Part shown: positions 9,261-18,478 of the stretch, piece by piece
Numbering within the stretch: position 1 is the first letter of the stretch
Layout: each line of letters begins with the position of its first letter
Origin: Desulfobia sp.
GTDB taxonomy: Bacteria; Desulfobacterota; Desulfobulbia; Desulfobulbales; SURF-16
Length of the DNA: 64,000 nt
Assembly (NCBI GenBank): GCA_046497465.1
Contig: JAWOFO010000016.1
Coordinates: 8,711-72,710, forward strand
Direction of reading: 5' to 3'
Position numbers and translations under genes: made by a program
Notes under the pieces: model-generated
What the model was told of the DNA's origin: nothing
What the model saw: only the letters and a program-made list of their open reading frames with translations
The model's database searches: none

Positions 9261-11336
9261 TCAGCTGCCCTTGTTGTTCAACAGTTCCTGGAACTCTTCT
9301 TCAGTGAATACAGTTATACCGAGCTTTCGGGCCTGAGCCAGTTTGGAGCCGGCTCCGGAACCGATAACCAGGTAATCGGTTTCTCCGGATACACTGCTTG
9401 TAGCCCGGCCGCCGAGATTCTCCACCTTTTCCTGGGCCTGCTTCCGGGTCCAGTGTTCAAGTGACCCGGTAAAAACGAATTTCAATCCTTCAAGTGGACG
9501 TTCCGTCTTTCCAGCAAATAAAGGGTTTTCCAGATATAATCCGTCCCTTTTCATTGCTTCCAGGGCCTTCAGGTTATGCTCCTCACCAAAGAAAAAAACA
9601 ATGCTTCCCGCCACCTCCGGCCCTATCTCATGGATCTGTTGAAGCTCTACAGTATCGGCTATCATCAGCTGATCCAATTGCCGGTAGTGCGAGGCCAGAA
9701 CCACCGCCATATGTACCCCTACATGCAAGATACCCAGGGCATAAATAAAACGATCCAAGCTGGTCTTTTTAGCCTCTCTTAAGGCCGCCACCAGATTTTC
9801 AGCTGATCTGTCGGCAAAACCCGGGAGCTGAAGCAGGTCGTTCTTGCTCAGCCTGAAGAGATCGGGCAGCCAATTGACCAGTCCCCTTTCAACAAACTGC
9901 TGAGCCCTTTTAGCGCCCAAACCTTCTATATCAAGGGCCCGGCTTGAGGCGAAGTGCTGGATACGTTCCTTGAGCTGAGCCGGACAGTTCATGTTAGTAC
10001 AGCGGCTGTTTTTCTTATCCTGGGAAATCAGGACATCTGCGCCGCAGGACGGGCAGTGTTCCGGCATCTTGAATTTTTTTTCCGAGCCGTCCCGCTTCTC
10101 CTTGACGGATTTAACCACATAAGGGATTACATCTCCGGCCCGTTCTATTACCACAGTATCTCCTATACGGATATCTTTTTTTTCAATGAGATTTAAATTG
10201 TGAAGGGAGGCACGACTTACTTCAACCCCGCCGATTTTCACGGGTTTCAGAAAGGCAACAGGGGTCAAAGTGCCGGTGCGGCCGACGTTGGCTTCAATAT
10301 CTTTAACTACTGTGGTGCTGCTTCTGGCCGGAAATTTATAAGCTATGGCCCAGCGCGGATCGCGCTGCCTGCTGCCCAGCTTTTTTTGTTCAGCAAGGTT
10401 GTTGACCTTGACCACCACCCCGTCGATCTCAAAATTGAGATCGTCCCGGGATTGGTTCAATCTCCGGTGATAGTCCAGGATTTCTTCAATATTTTTGGTC
10501 AGGATCTGCATTTTGCTGTTTACCGGCAGACCCCACTTGGGCAGGGCCTGAAGCATCTGCCAGTGGGTCTCGAAACTGCGTCCCCCGCCGCATTGAACTA
10601 CAGCATATAGAAATATATGAAGCGGTCTTTCTGCAGTAATTCCGGGATCCAGCTGCCTGACCGAACCGGCTGCGGCATTTCTGGGGTTGGCAAAGGGCGG
10701 TTGGCCTGCGGCCAGGCGTTTCCTGTTCAAAGTATTGAACTCGTCCAGCCTCATATAAATTTCCCCCCGAACCACCAAGCGGGAAGGTACGGCTTCTCCC
10801 TGATCACCAAGGAGGGAAAGAGGCACTGAACCAATAGTCTTTACATTGGCGGTAACATCTTCTCCCGTAGTACCGTCACCCCTGGTGGCGCCCGTGTCCA
10901 GAACACCGTCTGTATAAATCAACTCAATTGAAAGGCCGTCATATTTGGGTTCAAGTACATATTCCACCTTATCGTGCCCCAGTTCTTTAACACAGGTCAA
11001 GGCAAAGTCACGAATCCCCTTTTCATCGTAGACAGCTTTCAGGCTCTGCATCGGCAGGGGGTGGACAACCGTTCCCAGTTCCTCCCTGGGCTCACCTCCT
11101 ATTTTCCGGGTCGGGGAATCCTCGGTTGCCAGGCCGAACCGATCCTCAAGGGCCTGGAGTTTGGCAAAAATTCCGTCATATTCGGTATCAGATATAACAG
11201 GACTGTCCAGGACATAATAACGATAATCGTGGTAACGTACAGCCTCCCTTAATTTCCTGACCGCCTCTTCCGCTGTTGCCCTGTCCTTAACGGCAGCAGG
11301 ATCTATATCATTAATAACCAAGTCGTCTTTCGGCAT
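9261..11336 (-). CDS. ligA: NAD-dependent DNA ligase
   Basis: The 691-aa ORF has the adenylation motif EPKYDGLS, the Zn finger CPSCGADV...C..C, HhH repeats and a C-terminal BRCT domain (FVFTGSL). Confidence 0.95.
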   Translation of the reverse strand: MPKDDLVINDIDPAAVKDRATAEEAVRKLREAVRYHDYRYYVLDSPVISDTEYDGIFAKLQALEDRFGLATEDSPTRKIGGEPREELGTVVHPLPMQSLKAVYDEKGIRDFALTCVKELGHDKVEYVLEPKYDGLSIELIYTDGVLDTGATRGDGTTGEDVTANVKTIGSVPLSLLGDQGEAVPSRLVVRGEIYMRLDEFNTLNRKRLAAGQPPFANPRNAAAGSVRQLDPGITAERPLHIFLYAVVQCGGGRSFETHWQMLQALPKWGLPVNSKMQILTKNIEEILDYHRRLNQSRDDLNFEIDGVVVKVNNLAEQKKLGSRQRDPRWAIAYKFPARSSTTVVKDIEANVGRTGTLTPVAFLKPVKIGGVEVSRASLHNLNLIEKKDIRIGDTVVIERAGDVIPYVVKSVKEKRDGSEKKFKMPEHCPSCGADVLISQDKKNSRCTNMNCPAQLKERIQHFASSRALDIEGLGAKRAQQFVERGLVNWLPDLFRLSKNDLLQLPGFADRSAENLVAALREAKKTSLDRFIYALGILHVGVHMAVVLASHYRQLDQLMIADTVELQQIHEIGPEVAGSIVFFFGEEHNLKALEAMKRDGLYLENPLFAGKTERPLEGLKFVFTGSLEHWTRKQAQEKVENLGGRATSSVSGETDYLVIGSGAGSKLAQARKLGITVFTEEEFQELLNNKGS

Positions 11337-11341
11337 TGCAG

Positions 11342-13084
11342 TTACCTTTTCAGTATCTTCTGCAGTTCAGCAAGAGGTCTGGTATTAAGCACATTTTCAG
11401 CTTCCAGCCATCCCCGGCGGGCCTGATTAATCCCGAAACGCATAAATTGCAGGTTCTGAGCCAGATGCGCATCTGTTGAAATCGCTATAAGTACTCCCAT
11501 TTCCCTGGCCGCCTTGAGATGGACATCAATAAGATCCAGTCTGTCCGGCTGGGCATTAAGTTCAAGGTGTACCCCCCGATCACCGGCACACCTAATTACT
11601 CTTTCCATATCCAGCGGATAGGGATTCCTGGTCCCGATCATCCGGCCGGTGGGATGACCGATAATATTTAAGTACTTGTTGTCCATAGCCCTAACCAAAC
11701 GTTCTGTCTGTTCCTCCTGAGACAGGTTGAAGTAGTAGTGTACCGAACCTACTACTACGTCCAGTTCTTTAAGCACCGAGTCTGGAAGATCCAGGGAGCC
11801 GTCCTTGAGAATATCGACCTCAATGCCTTTCAGAAGTTTGATTGCCCTGATCTTTTCATTCAACTCGTCTATTTCTTCTATCTCCTCTCTCAGTCTTTTC
11901 TCATCAAGGCCATTGGCCACTGTTACCCGTTGGGAATGATCGGTTATGGCCAGGTATTCATAGTTCATCTTCCGGGCGGCTTCAGCCATCTGATCCAGAG
12001 TGTTCATGCCGTCTGTCGCCCTGGTGTGACAATGCAGGTCTCCCTTTATATCGGAGATTGTGATTAGCTCGGGTAAAAAGTTCCGGTATGCCGCTTCTAT
12101 TTCACCCCGGTCTTCCCGGAGCTCGGGTTCAATATAGGGAAGTCCTATTTTCCGGTAAAGATCTTCTTCAGTTGCACCGGCGAGCTGTTCTCCGTCCTGG
12201 AATACCCCGTACTCATTTATCTTCAGACCCTGATCCATGGCAATTTTACGGATTGCTATGTTGTGGGCTTTGGAGCCGGTAAAATAATGCAGGGCGGCTC
12301 CATAGGATTCTTCAGGGATTATCCGCAGATCCACCTGAAGCCCTGAGCTCAGTATTACTGAAGAACGGGTCTTTCCTCTGGAAAGAATCCTGGCTACGTC
12401 TTCAAAAGACAGGAACCGATCAATAACCGGTTCCCATTTCTGACAGGCAACCAGTACATCCAGATCTCCAACGGTTTCTTTTCGTCTTCTGTAGCTTCCG
12501 GCAATCGTGACTTTTTTTACTTCTCTGATTTCTGCCAGATACTGTTCAAGAGATTCGGCGATTTTTTCAGCTTCAGCCAGTTTGACTCGATCGGCCCCTT
12601 CCCTGGGGCGCCTCAAGTCTTCAAGAATATTCTGTTCACTCTTGGCCCCAAAGCCCGAGAGTTTTCTGATCTTCCCGGATTCTGCCGCCTCCTTCAAAGC
12701 ATCCAGACTGCCAATTCCCAGCTTATTGTACAGGGCGGAAACCTTTTTAGGACCGAGACCTTCCACTTCCAGAAGCTTTATCAATTCGCCGGGCAATTTT
12801 TCCTTCAGATGATCAAGCAGGGGAAGGGAACCGGTTTCCACGATGGTGCTGATTTTGCCGGCCAGATCCTTGCCGATCCCGGGTATAGAGGTGAGGTCCT
12901 GACCTTCCTTTATAAGCACAACAGCTTCATGGGACAGACTTTCCATGGTGCGGGCGGCATTGCGGTAAGCCCTGACCCGGAACTGATTCTCATTGCTGAT
13001 CTCCAGGAGATCCGCCACTTGATTAAAAATTCGTGCAATGTCGGTGTTGTGAATTGCCAATTGAAATACTCCGAAAGCGAGCAT
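11342..13084 (-). CDS. polX: Family X DNA polymerase with C-terminal PHP domain (PolX)
   Basis: The N-terminal region (IARIFNQVADLLEISNENQFRVRAYRNAAR) matches Pol-beta-like HhH. GSYRRRKETVGDLDVL is the catalytic palm, and PHP motifs are present (DLHCHT, ITDHS). The gene lies 5 nt downstream of ligA. The true start may be an internal TTG. Confidence 0.9.
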   Translation of the reverse strand: MLAFGVFQLAIHNTDIARIFNQVADLLEISNENQFRVRAYRNAARTMESLSHEAVVLIKEGQDLTSIPGIGKDLAGKISTIVETGSLPLLDHLKEKLPGELIKLLEVEGLGPKKVSALYNKLGIGSLDALKEAAESGKIRKLSGFGAKSEQNILEDLRRPREGADRVKLAEAEKIAESLEQYLAEIREVKKVTIAGSYRRRKETVGDLDVLVACQKWEPVIDRFLSFEDVARILSRGKTRSSVILSSGLQVDLRIIPEESYGAALHYFTGSKAHNIAIRKIAMDQGLKINEYGVFQDGEQLAGATEEDLYRKIGLPYIEPELREDRGEIEAAYRNFLPELITISDIKGDLHCHTRATDGMNTLDQMAEAARKMNYEYLAITDHSQRVTVANGLDEKRLREEIEEIDELNEKIRAIKLLKGIEVDILKDGSLDLPDSVLKELDVVVGSVHYYFNLSQEEQTERLVRAMDNKYLNIIGHPTGRMIGTRNPYPLDMERVIRCAGDRGVHLELNAQPDRLDLIDVHLKAAREMGVLIAISTDAHLAQNLQFMRFGINQARRGWLEAENVLNTRPLAELQKILKR

Positions 13085-13770
13085 ATCTTAAATATGGTAA
13101 CAAACCAAGTAAAATACAATACTTAAATTATCAGCTTACAGTAGAGAAAATTAAGGGTCAAGATTAAGCTGCACTATTTTATAGATACGGATTGAACAGA
13201 TGCCTGCAGAGGTTTATCTCTGATACTGTATCATTTCTTAAATATCACTAATATCCCATTATAACCGGAATTTACAAAGCTGGGTGTGGTCAACCATTGA
13301 TTTCTTCTTAAGTGACAGGCCAATAAACGCCCTGTTCTGTTTGCGATTTTGATTTGGGTTTTCTTTGTTTGACTGCCCTGCCATTATAGAGGTTTTTTAT
13401 TTTAATCAATTGTTTTTATTAAAAAATTGCCTATTCTTTGCAACACCTTTTCGTTATCTCAGGAATTATTATTATATTTTTGTTCTTCTGCCTTTTCTGC
13501 TTTTTAATGGCAAGGCGGCATTTCGGCAAATAAAAAAGTCAAAGATTATTTTAGCTTCGGCCGTTTACTGTTTTTATATGATATTTTCCCTGACCTGGGC
13601 GGAAGGGGGTGGGACCGGCGCAGTCTTTTGATTATACCAGGGAAGGTGTGCTTGTCTTTCTCTTTGTGGCCATGACCGGTTTTATTTTTTCCCGGAGGTG
13701 GCAGTATACGGATTCTCTTTTCAGGGCTGTCTGCTTAGCACTTTTTGAGGATTTACTATAGAAAAAAGCC

Positions 13771-14178
13771 TTAAGGTACGGTAAAAGTCCCGGTTATTTC
13801 TGCCTTGTCCAGCACCCTGGTTTTTAATGCCTTTTCGAAATCGGCAAGGGTGGCTGTCTGCTCAATACCCAGTTCAGCAGTATCCAGAGCATAGACTGTG
13901 ATCACATAGGGGTGTTTACCGGTACCGGAGGGTGGTTGGGGTCCACCGTATCCCGCTTTACCAAAACCGTTCTGCAGTTCCCTGGATCCCGCCGGCATAC
14001 CTTGACCTGAAGCACCTTCCGGCAGTGAGGTTACATCCGAAGGTATATTGACTACCAGCCAATGCACCCAGTTATTAGCCACCGGATGGGGGGCCATAAT
14101 GGAAAGGGCAAACGATTTGGTTCCTGCCGGAAATCCCGACCATTGCAGAGGAATGGAAATATTTTCCCCCGGATGCAT
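13771..14178 (-). CDS. YbhB/YbcL-family PEBP (Raf-kinase-inhibitor-like) protein, as called from ATG 14178
   Basis: GENISIPLQWSG, GTKSFAL, WVHWLV.NIP and GYGGPQPPSGTGKHPY are PEBP signatures. An in-frame TGA (14182-14184) separates it from a further 17 in-frame codons upstream (see findings). Confidence 0.75.
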   Translation of the reverse strand: MHPGENISIPLQWSGFPAGTKSFALSIMAPHPVANNWVHWLVVNIPSDVTSLPEGASGQGMPAGSRELQNGFGKAGYGGPQPPSGTGKHPYVITVYALDTAELGIEQTATLADFEKALKTRVLDKAEITGTFTVP

Positions 14179-14350
14179 TTTTCAGTATCTACCTGAAAAC
14201 TGCTTGCAGGATTCAGGGGTTAATAAAATTCTCATAAATTACCGCGAACCTATCAAGGGCAAAAGCTGAAAAGATCAATAAGTCCTGCTGTCCGAACTTG
14301 CGGACCGTTTGTTTGTTTTTCCTTGATAGACGGAAAATAATTATATATCG

Positions 14351-14364
14351 TATAATATATTATA
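14351..14364. promoter_or_regulatory. Perfect 14-bp palindrome TATAATATATTATA upstream of dfx (candidate operator overlapping a -10 box)
   Basis: It is an exact palindrome located 38 nt upstream of the dfx ATG. The identical 14-mer plus the flanking T recurs at 21353..21366. Confidence 0.5.
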
Positions 14365-14401
14365 TGAAGAAAAGATAAACATGATTTAAGGAGAAAAGCT
14401 T

Positions 14402-14782
14402 ATGGCCCAACAACTGGAAGTTTACAAATGTAATGTCTGTGGCAACATTGTGGAAGTTCTTCACGGTGGAAAGGGTGATTTGGTCTGCTGTGGGCAGAAT
14501 ATGCAACTCGTAGAACCGGGAACCGTGGATGCTGCTCGGGAGAAACATGTACCGATTCTGGAAAAGACCGACAATGGCTATAAAGTCAAGATTGGTTCTG
14601 TTGCTCATCCCATGGAGGAAAAGCACTATATTGAATGGATCGAATTAATAGCGGATGGGAAGGCTTATAGGGAGTTTTTAAAACCAGGACAGCCCCCTGA
14701 AGCTGAATTCTGTATCCAAGCCAATCAGGTGACAGCCAAGGAATACTGCAATATTCACGGCATGTGGAAGTCACAGGGTTAA
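14402..14782 (+). CDS. dfx: Desulfoferrodoxin (superoxide reductase, 2Fe-SOR)
   Basis: The N-terminal desulforedoxin motif is [12 protein letters not shown]...CCGQNM. The centre II region contains KHVPIL...[14 protein letters not shown]...CNIHGMW. An RBS AAGGAGAA precedes the ATG. Confidence 0.95.
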   Translation: MAQQLEVYKCNVCGNIVEVLHGGKGDLVCCGQNMQLVEPGTVDAAREKHVPILEKTDNGYKVKIGSVAHPMEEKHYIEWIELIADGKAYREFLKPGQPPEAEFCIQANQVTAKEYCNIHGMWKSQG

Positions 14783-14921
14783 AAATAAAAAGACCAGCTC
14801 AGAACAGTACATTATCTTTTTAATTTTTCAATTCCTAAACAAACAATAACAACATTCCTGTTATTATATATCAGAATAGTTACTTATCTACTTAACCTTT
14901 AAACCTGATAAGGAGGATTTA

Positions 14922-15080
14922 ATGGACAGATATGTCTGTGCTGTCTGCGGCTATGTTTATGATCCAACTGAAGGAGATCCTGACAATGATATACCCGCAG
15001 GAACCAAATTCGAGGACTTGCCGGATAACTGGACCTGCCCTGTTTGCGGAGCTGAAAAAAAGGAGTTTTATAAAGAATAG
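14922..15080 (+). CDS. rub: Rubredoxin (52 aa; below the ORF-track length cutoff)
   Basis: Hand translation gives [52 protein letters not shown]. It has the two CxxCG knuckles, and AGGAGG lies 6 nt upstream of the ATG. Confidence 0.9.
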   Translation: MDRYVCAVCGYVYDPTEGDPDNDIPAGTKFEDLPDNWTCPVCGAEKKEFYKE

Positions 15081-15190
15081 ATTGAAAAAAAACTGAGATG
15101 TTATGACCCAGAGCTCTGCGGAAGCAGGGCTTATCCCACAACTGCGGGTATTATTAAAAAGCCATAAATTATCCCGGCTTTACCATTGTC

Positions 15191-15796
15191 TCAGATATTA
15201 ATTACCTGGTCAGCCAGTTGCATGGCCGTCACAATATCCAGCATATTGGTGGTTTCTCCCACCCGCTTCTGATCAAGCAAATTAAAATGGGTCAGACAGG
15301 TGCCGCAAACCAGTATATGGAGACCTTTTGACTCGAGTTCTTTTAAGACAGCCAGAACTTCTGAATCGATAATGGCGAACTTCACCGCGTTGTTGACAAA
15401 AACCAGCCGCCACAGTTCAGCCCCCATCTCACCGATTGTCTTTAAAAAACTGATCATAAGTTTTAAGCCGAGTTCATCGTCGCCATATCCCATCCGGTCT
15501 GTACTGACCATGACCATAATTTTTTTCTCACCTGCACTCCCTTGTTTTACAGGCTCGATCTGAGAGACAATTCCTTCTAATCCGCTGTCGCGTATACCGG
15601 TAAGCCTGTACTCTCCTCCCCTGTTTTCCACGGTGACCAAATAATACCGGGATTCAAGAAACTTAGTAACATTCTGACTGGATGCCTCGTTGTCAACCGT
15701 CACATGTATCTTTTCCGGCTGATTGCTGTCAATGGCTTCCTTGGTCATTAGCACCGGGGCCGGGCAGGCCAGTTTCCTAGCATCGATTTCAGTCAT
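15191..15796 (-). CDS. yedF: YedF-type sulfurtransferase-like selenium-metabolism protein (TusA-like N-domain + DsrE-like C-domain)
   Basis: The N-terminal TusA motif is DARKLACPAPVLMTKEA. The C-terminal part (MVMVSTDRMGYGDDELG...LVCGTCL) is typical of the YedF family. Confidence 0.75.
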   Translation of the reverse strand: MTEIDARKLACPAPVLMTKEAIDSNQPEKIHVTVDNEASSQNVTKFLESRYYLVTVENRGGEYRLTGIRDSGLEGIVSQIEPVKQGSAGEKKIMVMVSTDRMGYGDDELGLKLMISFLKTIGEMGAELWRLVFVNNAVKFAIIDSEVLAVLKELESKGLHILVCGTCLTHFNLLDQKRVGETTNMLDIVTAMQLADQVINI

Positions 15797-15838
15797 AGGT
15801 TATCCTTATGAAGACCATCCCCATGAAAACCATCCCAT

Positions 15839-16048
15839 TTAATCTGCACCGGTAAGCGGGCACATCAGTTCATTGGCATGAAAGATATGGGTCTGTCCGC
15901 AGTAAGGACAACTCTCCATCAGCTCAACCTTCGCATCCAGATACTTTTCCCCCGACCGATTTTCAACTATCCCATGATTTTCAATAAGCCGGTAGGCGGC
16001 GGATTCAAATACCTGGTTCTTATCCGGGCATAAAAATATCAACTTCAT
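15839..16048 (-). CDS. Small hypothetical protein with CP..../CPYCG zinc-ribbon-like cysteines (69 aa)
   Basis: The ORF lies 42 nt downstream... upstream of yedF on the same strand and contains cysteine pairs. No family was recognised. Confidence 0.4.
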   Translation of the reverse strand: MKLIFLCPDKNQVFESAAYRLIENHGIVENRSGEKYLDAKVELMESCPYCGQTHIFHANELMCPLTGAD

Positions 16049-16227
16049 CGGAGACAGCCTGTAGTTATAGTTATCTTACAGTTGGAATAATATATAGAAT
16101 TCGAAGATAACTCAAATTGTTTTTTTCGATAAAAATCGGGCATCTTATTTAATAAATCGATAACTTTCCATTAAACAAAGAGTATCTACAAAAACAGCCG
16201 AAAAACCAGCCCAGCCTGCATCACCTG

Positions 16228-16782
16228 CTATATAATGGTAAATTGTTCGGGGAACAACAGAATTGCTGCAACCGGCTGCCGTTTTGCGCCCAGTTCTTGG
16301 CCACCGGCCTTTACCGAATATTCATGCAGGCCCTTCTGCAATGGATCAAGATTAACAGTAGGGTAGGAGATTCCCTTCTGAAAACGGGAAAGGCCGCAGA
16401 CATGGGCAGCGCCGTTAATGACCGTGGGTACGCCATAGGTCCGGCAGTTGACAGGCCGTGCTTCGTAGCAGTCGCACTCACCGGTATCATTGAGCAGAGG
16501 GCATCGGATACGGGCCCTGGATAGATCTTCACCTGTTGTCATGAGACTTTCCCACTTCTTGAGAGCAGGCTCACAGCGTGAAAGAACCCTCTGCTGCAAC
16601 TCCTCAGAACGATAACCGAAGACAGAAAGGAGGTAAAGCGCTTCAATCAAGGAAAGATCGAAGACAGCGTGGCAGCAATCACTACATCCTTTTTTACACA
16701 TGACTTCATCTGGATATTTTTCATAAAGCATGCGCATGGTTTCATCAACATACTGATACAGGTGGCGTAACTCATCAAACAT
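16228..16782 (-). CDS. YkgJ-family (UPF0153) cysteine-cluster protein
   Basis: It has the CKKGCSDCCHAVFDLSLIE signature (CxxCxxCC) and a second cluster, RCPLLNDTGECDCYEARPVNCRTYG. The start was set at the internal MFDELRH; the track start is 16860. Confidence 0.7.
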   Translation of the reverse strand: MFDELRHLYQYVDETMRMLYEKYPDEVMCKKGCSDCCHAVFDLSLIEALYLLSVFGYRSEELQQRVLSRCEPALKKWESLMTTGEDLSRARIRCPLLNDTGECDCYEARPVNCRTYGVPTVINGAAHVCGLSRFQKGISYPTVNLDPLQKGLHEYSVKAGGQELGAKRQPVAAILLFPEQFTII

Positions 16783-16863
16783 GGGAATTTTTTTATTTGA
16801 ATGTATACTGTCATTACCTCGGGCTTTCAACCAGTAGATAACCGGACTTACCCATTTCAAAAA

Positions 16864-17271
16864 CTACCATCTTATTTTTGTTTTTTCCATAGCTCCGGTT
16901 ATGGGATCTTTATAGATAACGGTTCCGGTAATGTCCCGCCTCTTGATCACTCTGTCGGCGGTTATGGTAATTCGATTGATACCTGACCCTAAATTGGTAA
17001 ACATCAGTTTCAGACCTTTGCTTTTATCGTCTCTTTTTTTAGGCTGAGGGTTTATTTCTACAACCTGCAGGCCCACAGCCAAGTGCAGACGCACAATCAC
17101 CAAGGCCGGCACTGCTTTGCTTATCCGCATTGCAAAGGAGACTTCCCTGCCCCGGGGCTGATCCCAGTCCGCCTTAACTGCGGCTCTGGCCTCAACTGTC
17201 AGCAGGATAAGCAGTAGAGCTGAGCATAGTAAAACAAAAAATTTCTTTTTCATCATCTCACCTTTTTTCAT
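16864..17271 (-). CDS. Secreted hypothetical protein (signal peptide, 135 aa)
   Basis: The signal peptide is KKKFFVLLCSALLLILLTVEARA. The gene overlaps the upstream XRE gene by ATGA (17268-17271). Confidence 0.5.
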   Translation of the reverse strand: MKKGEMMKKKFFVLLCSALLLILLTVEARAAVKADWDQPRGREVSFAMRISKAVPALVIVRLHLAVGLQVVEINPQPKKRDDKSKGLKLMFTNLGSGINRITITADRVIKRRDITGTVIYKDPITGAMEKTKIRW

Positions 17272-18200
17272 GGTAATATCTTGTACTGCCCGTTTTCCTT
17301 ATCCCATTGATAGCCCCTGGATGCCCAGATCCCATCAATAAGGTCTCTTTCAATATCCAGTTTCACTCCACTGAACAGGTCATAAAAGGCTATAATCTCC
17401 TCATCATCAATCATATTATCACTGTTTGCATCAACCCAGTGATAAGGTGAAAGGCTAACGGAACTGTCACCTGAAATCACCTGGGTTACAGCCTCTGCGC
17501 CCAAGACAATTTCTCCTTTGAAACCGGAAAGCTCGGCCTGCTCAAAATTCTCCAGAGACCGGACAAGATAGGCAATATCAGCCGAACCATCTATCCGACT
17601 TACCCATTTCAATAACCTGCCGTCACCGCCGCTTATGTTAAATGGCGGTACACCGGCTACTGCCCGGCATCCCTCTGGCAACACCTCTTTAACAATAAGA
17701 GAAAAGGGACCGCCACCCCTGACATCAATCTTGATTATAACCGGAAAAACTGCACCAGGCGGGGCATGATCGGGTATTATCCTGCAGGCGGCTGCCTGTA
17801 CATGATCATTCTGGTTCAAAGTCTTCAAAAATACCAGTGTTCCTGATCCTGCAAGCAATAAAAGGAGGATTAAAAAGATCAACCTTATCCTGGAAAACTC
17901 TTTCTCCCCCCGGGTGACCCTATCCTGATCCAGGGATTCTCCTTCTGATATCTCCTCGTTAACTGTCTGATCAATAATTTCTTCCAGGTCAACTTCCAGG
18001 GCCTCGGCCAGTTTCAAACCGTTTTCCTTTTTGATGGAGGGATACTTGCGGTTCTCCCAGCGGGAGATAGTATCGGTGGTAACCCCGACAACTGTGGCAA
18101 CATAAAGCTGGGTAAGCCCCTTATCTTCCCGGATCTTCTTGATCCTTGTACCGTCAATTTTCACCATCAGCCGACCGGAACTCTCTGACTCTTTTACCAT
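17268..18200 (-). CDS. Membrane-anchored XRE-family HTH protein with extracytoplasmic beta-rich domain and acidic Ca-binding-like tail
   Basis: The HTH_XRE region is IKKIREDKGLTQLYVATVVGVTTDTISRWEN, followed by a single TM (IRLIFLILLLLLAGSGTLVFL). The C-terminal motif DANSDNMIDDEEII is dockerin/EF-hand-like. Confidence 0.7.
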   Translation of the reverse strand: MVKESESSGRLMVKIDGTRIKKIREDKGLTQLYVATVVGVTTDTISRWENRKYPSIKKENGLKLAEALEVDLEEIIDQTVNEEISEGESLDQDRVTRGEKEFSRIRLIFLILLLLLAGSGTLVFLKTLNQNDHVQAAACRIIPDHAPPGAVFPVIIKIDVRGGGPFSLIVKEVLPEGCRAVAGVPPFNISGGDGRLLKWVSRIDGSADIAYLVRSLENFEQAELSGFKGEIVLGAEAVTQVISGDSSVSLSPYHWVDANSDNMIDDEEIIAFYDLFSGVKLDIERDLIDGIWASRGYQWDKENGQYKILP

Positions 18201-18478
18201 GGGATATCAAATTAATAATGACCTGAACCTGTTGCTTAGCGCTGGAATTAACTAAAGCCTATCCTCTTGCCCCGACAAAATCAATCTTCCTAAAAAAATA
18301 GTTTGGTTATTTTACCGGAAAAACAACTCTAGAGGATATTGAAATTTTTTTAACTTACTGATATTACAGCCATGTAGGGTAGACATCGGCCTATGTCGGC
18401 TATCAGGTTCTTGAAAAAATACCTAAAATAAAACTAAACAGGAAAATTTTCTTACTATTAAAAAAGGAGGTAATCATT

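Noticed and set aside
13365-13631. An 88-aa hydrophobic ORF in the AT-rich region upstream of polX, which could be an O-antigen-ligase-like N-terminal fragment
   Set aside because: It has no RBS or family motif. The frame breaks at 13631 and continues in another frame to ~13760. At best it is a decayed membrane-protein remnant and cannot be supported as a gene.
14899-15141. An 80-aa minus-strand ORF between dfx and yedF
   Set aside because: It is the antisense shadow of the rubredoxin gene (14922..15080), which has a canonical sequence and RBS.
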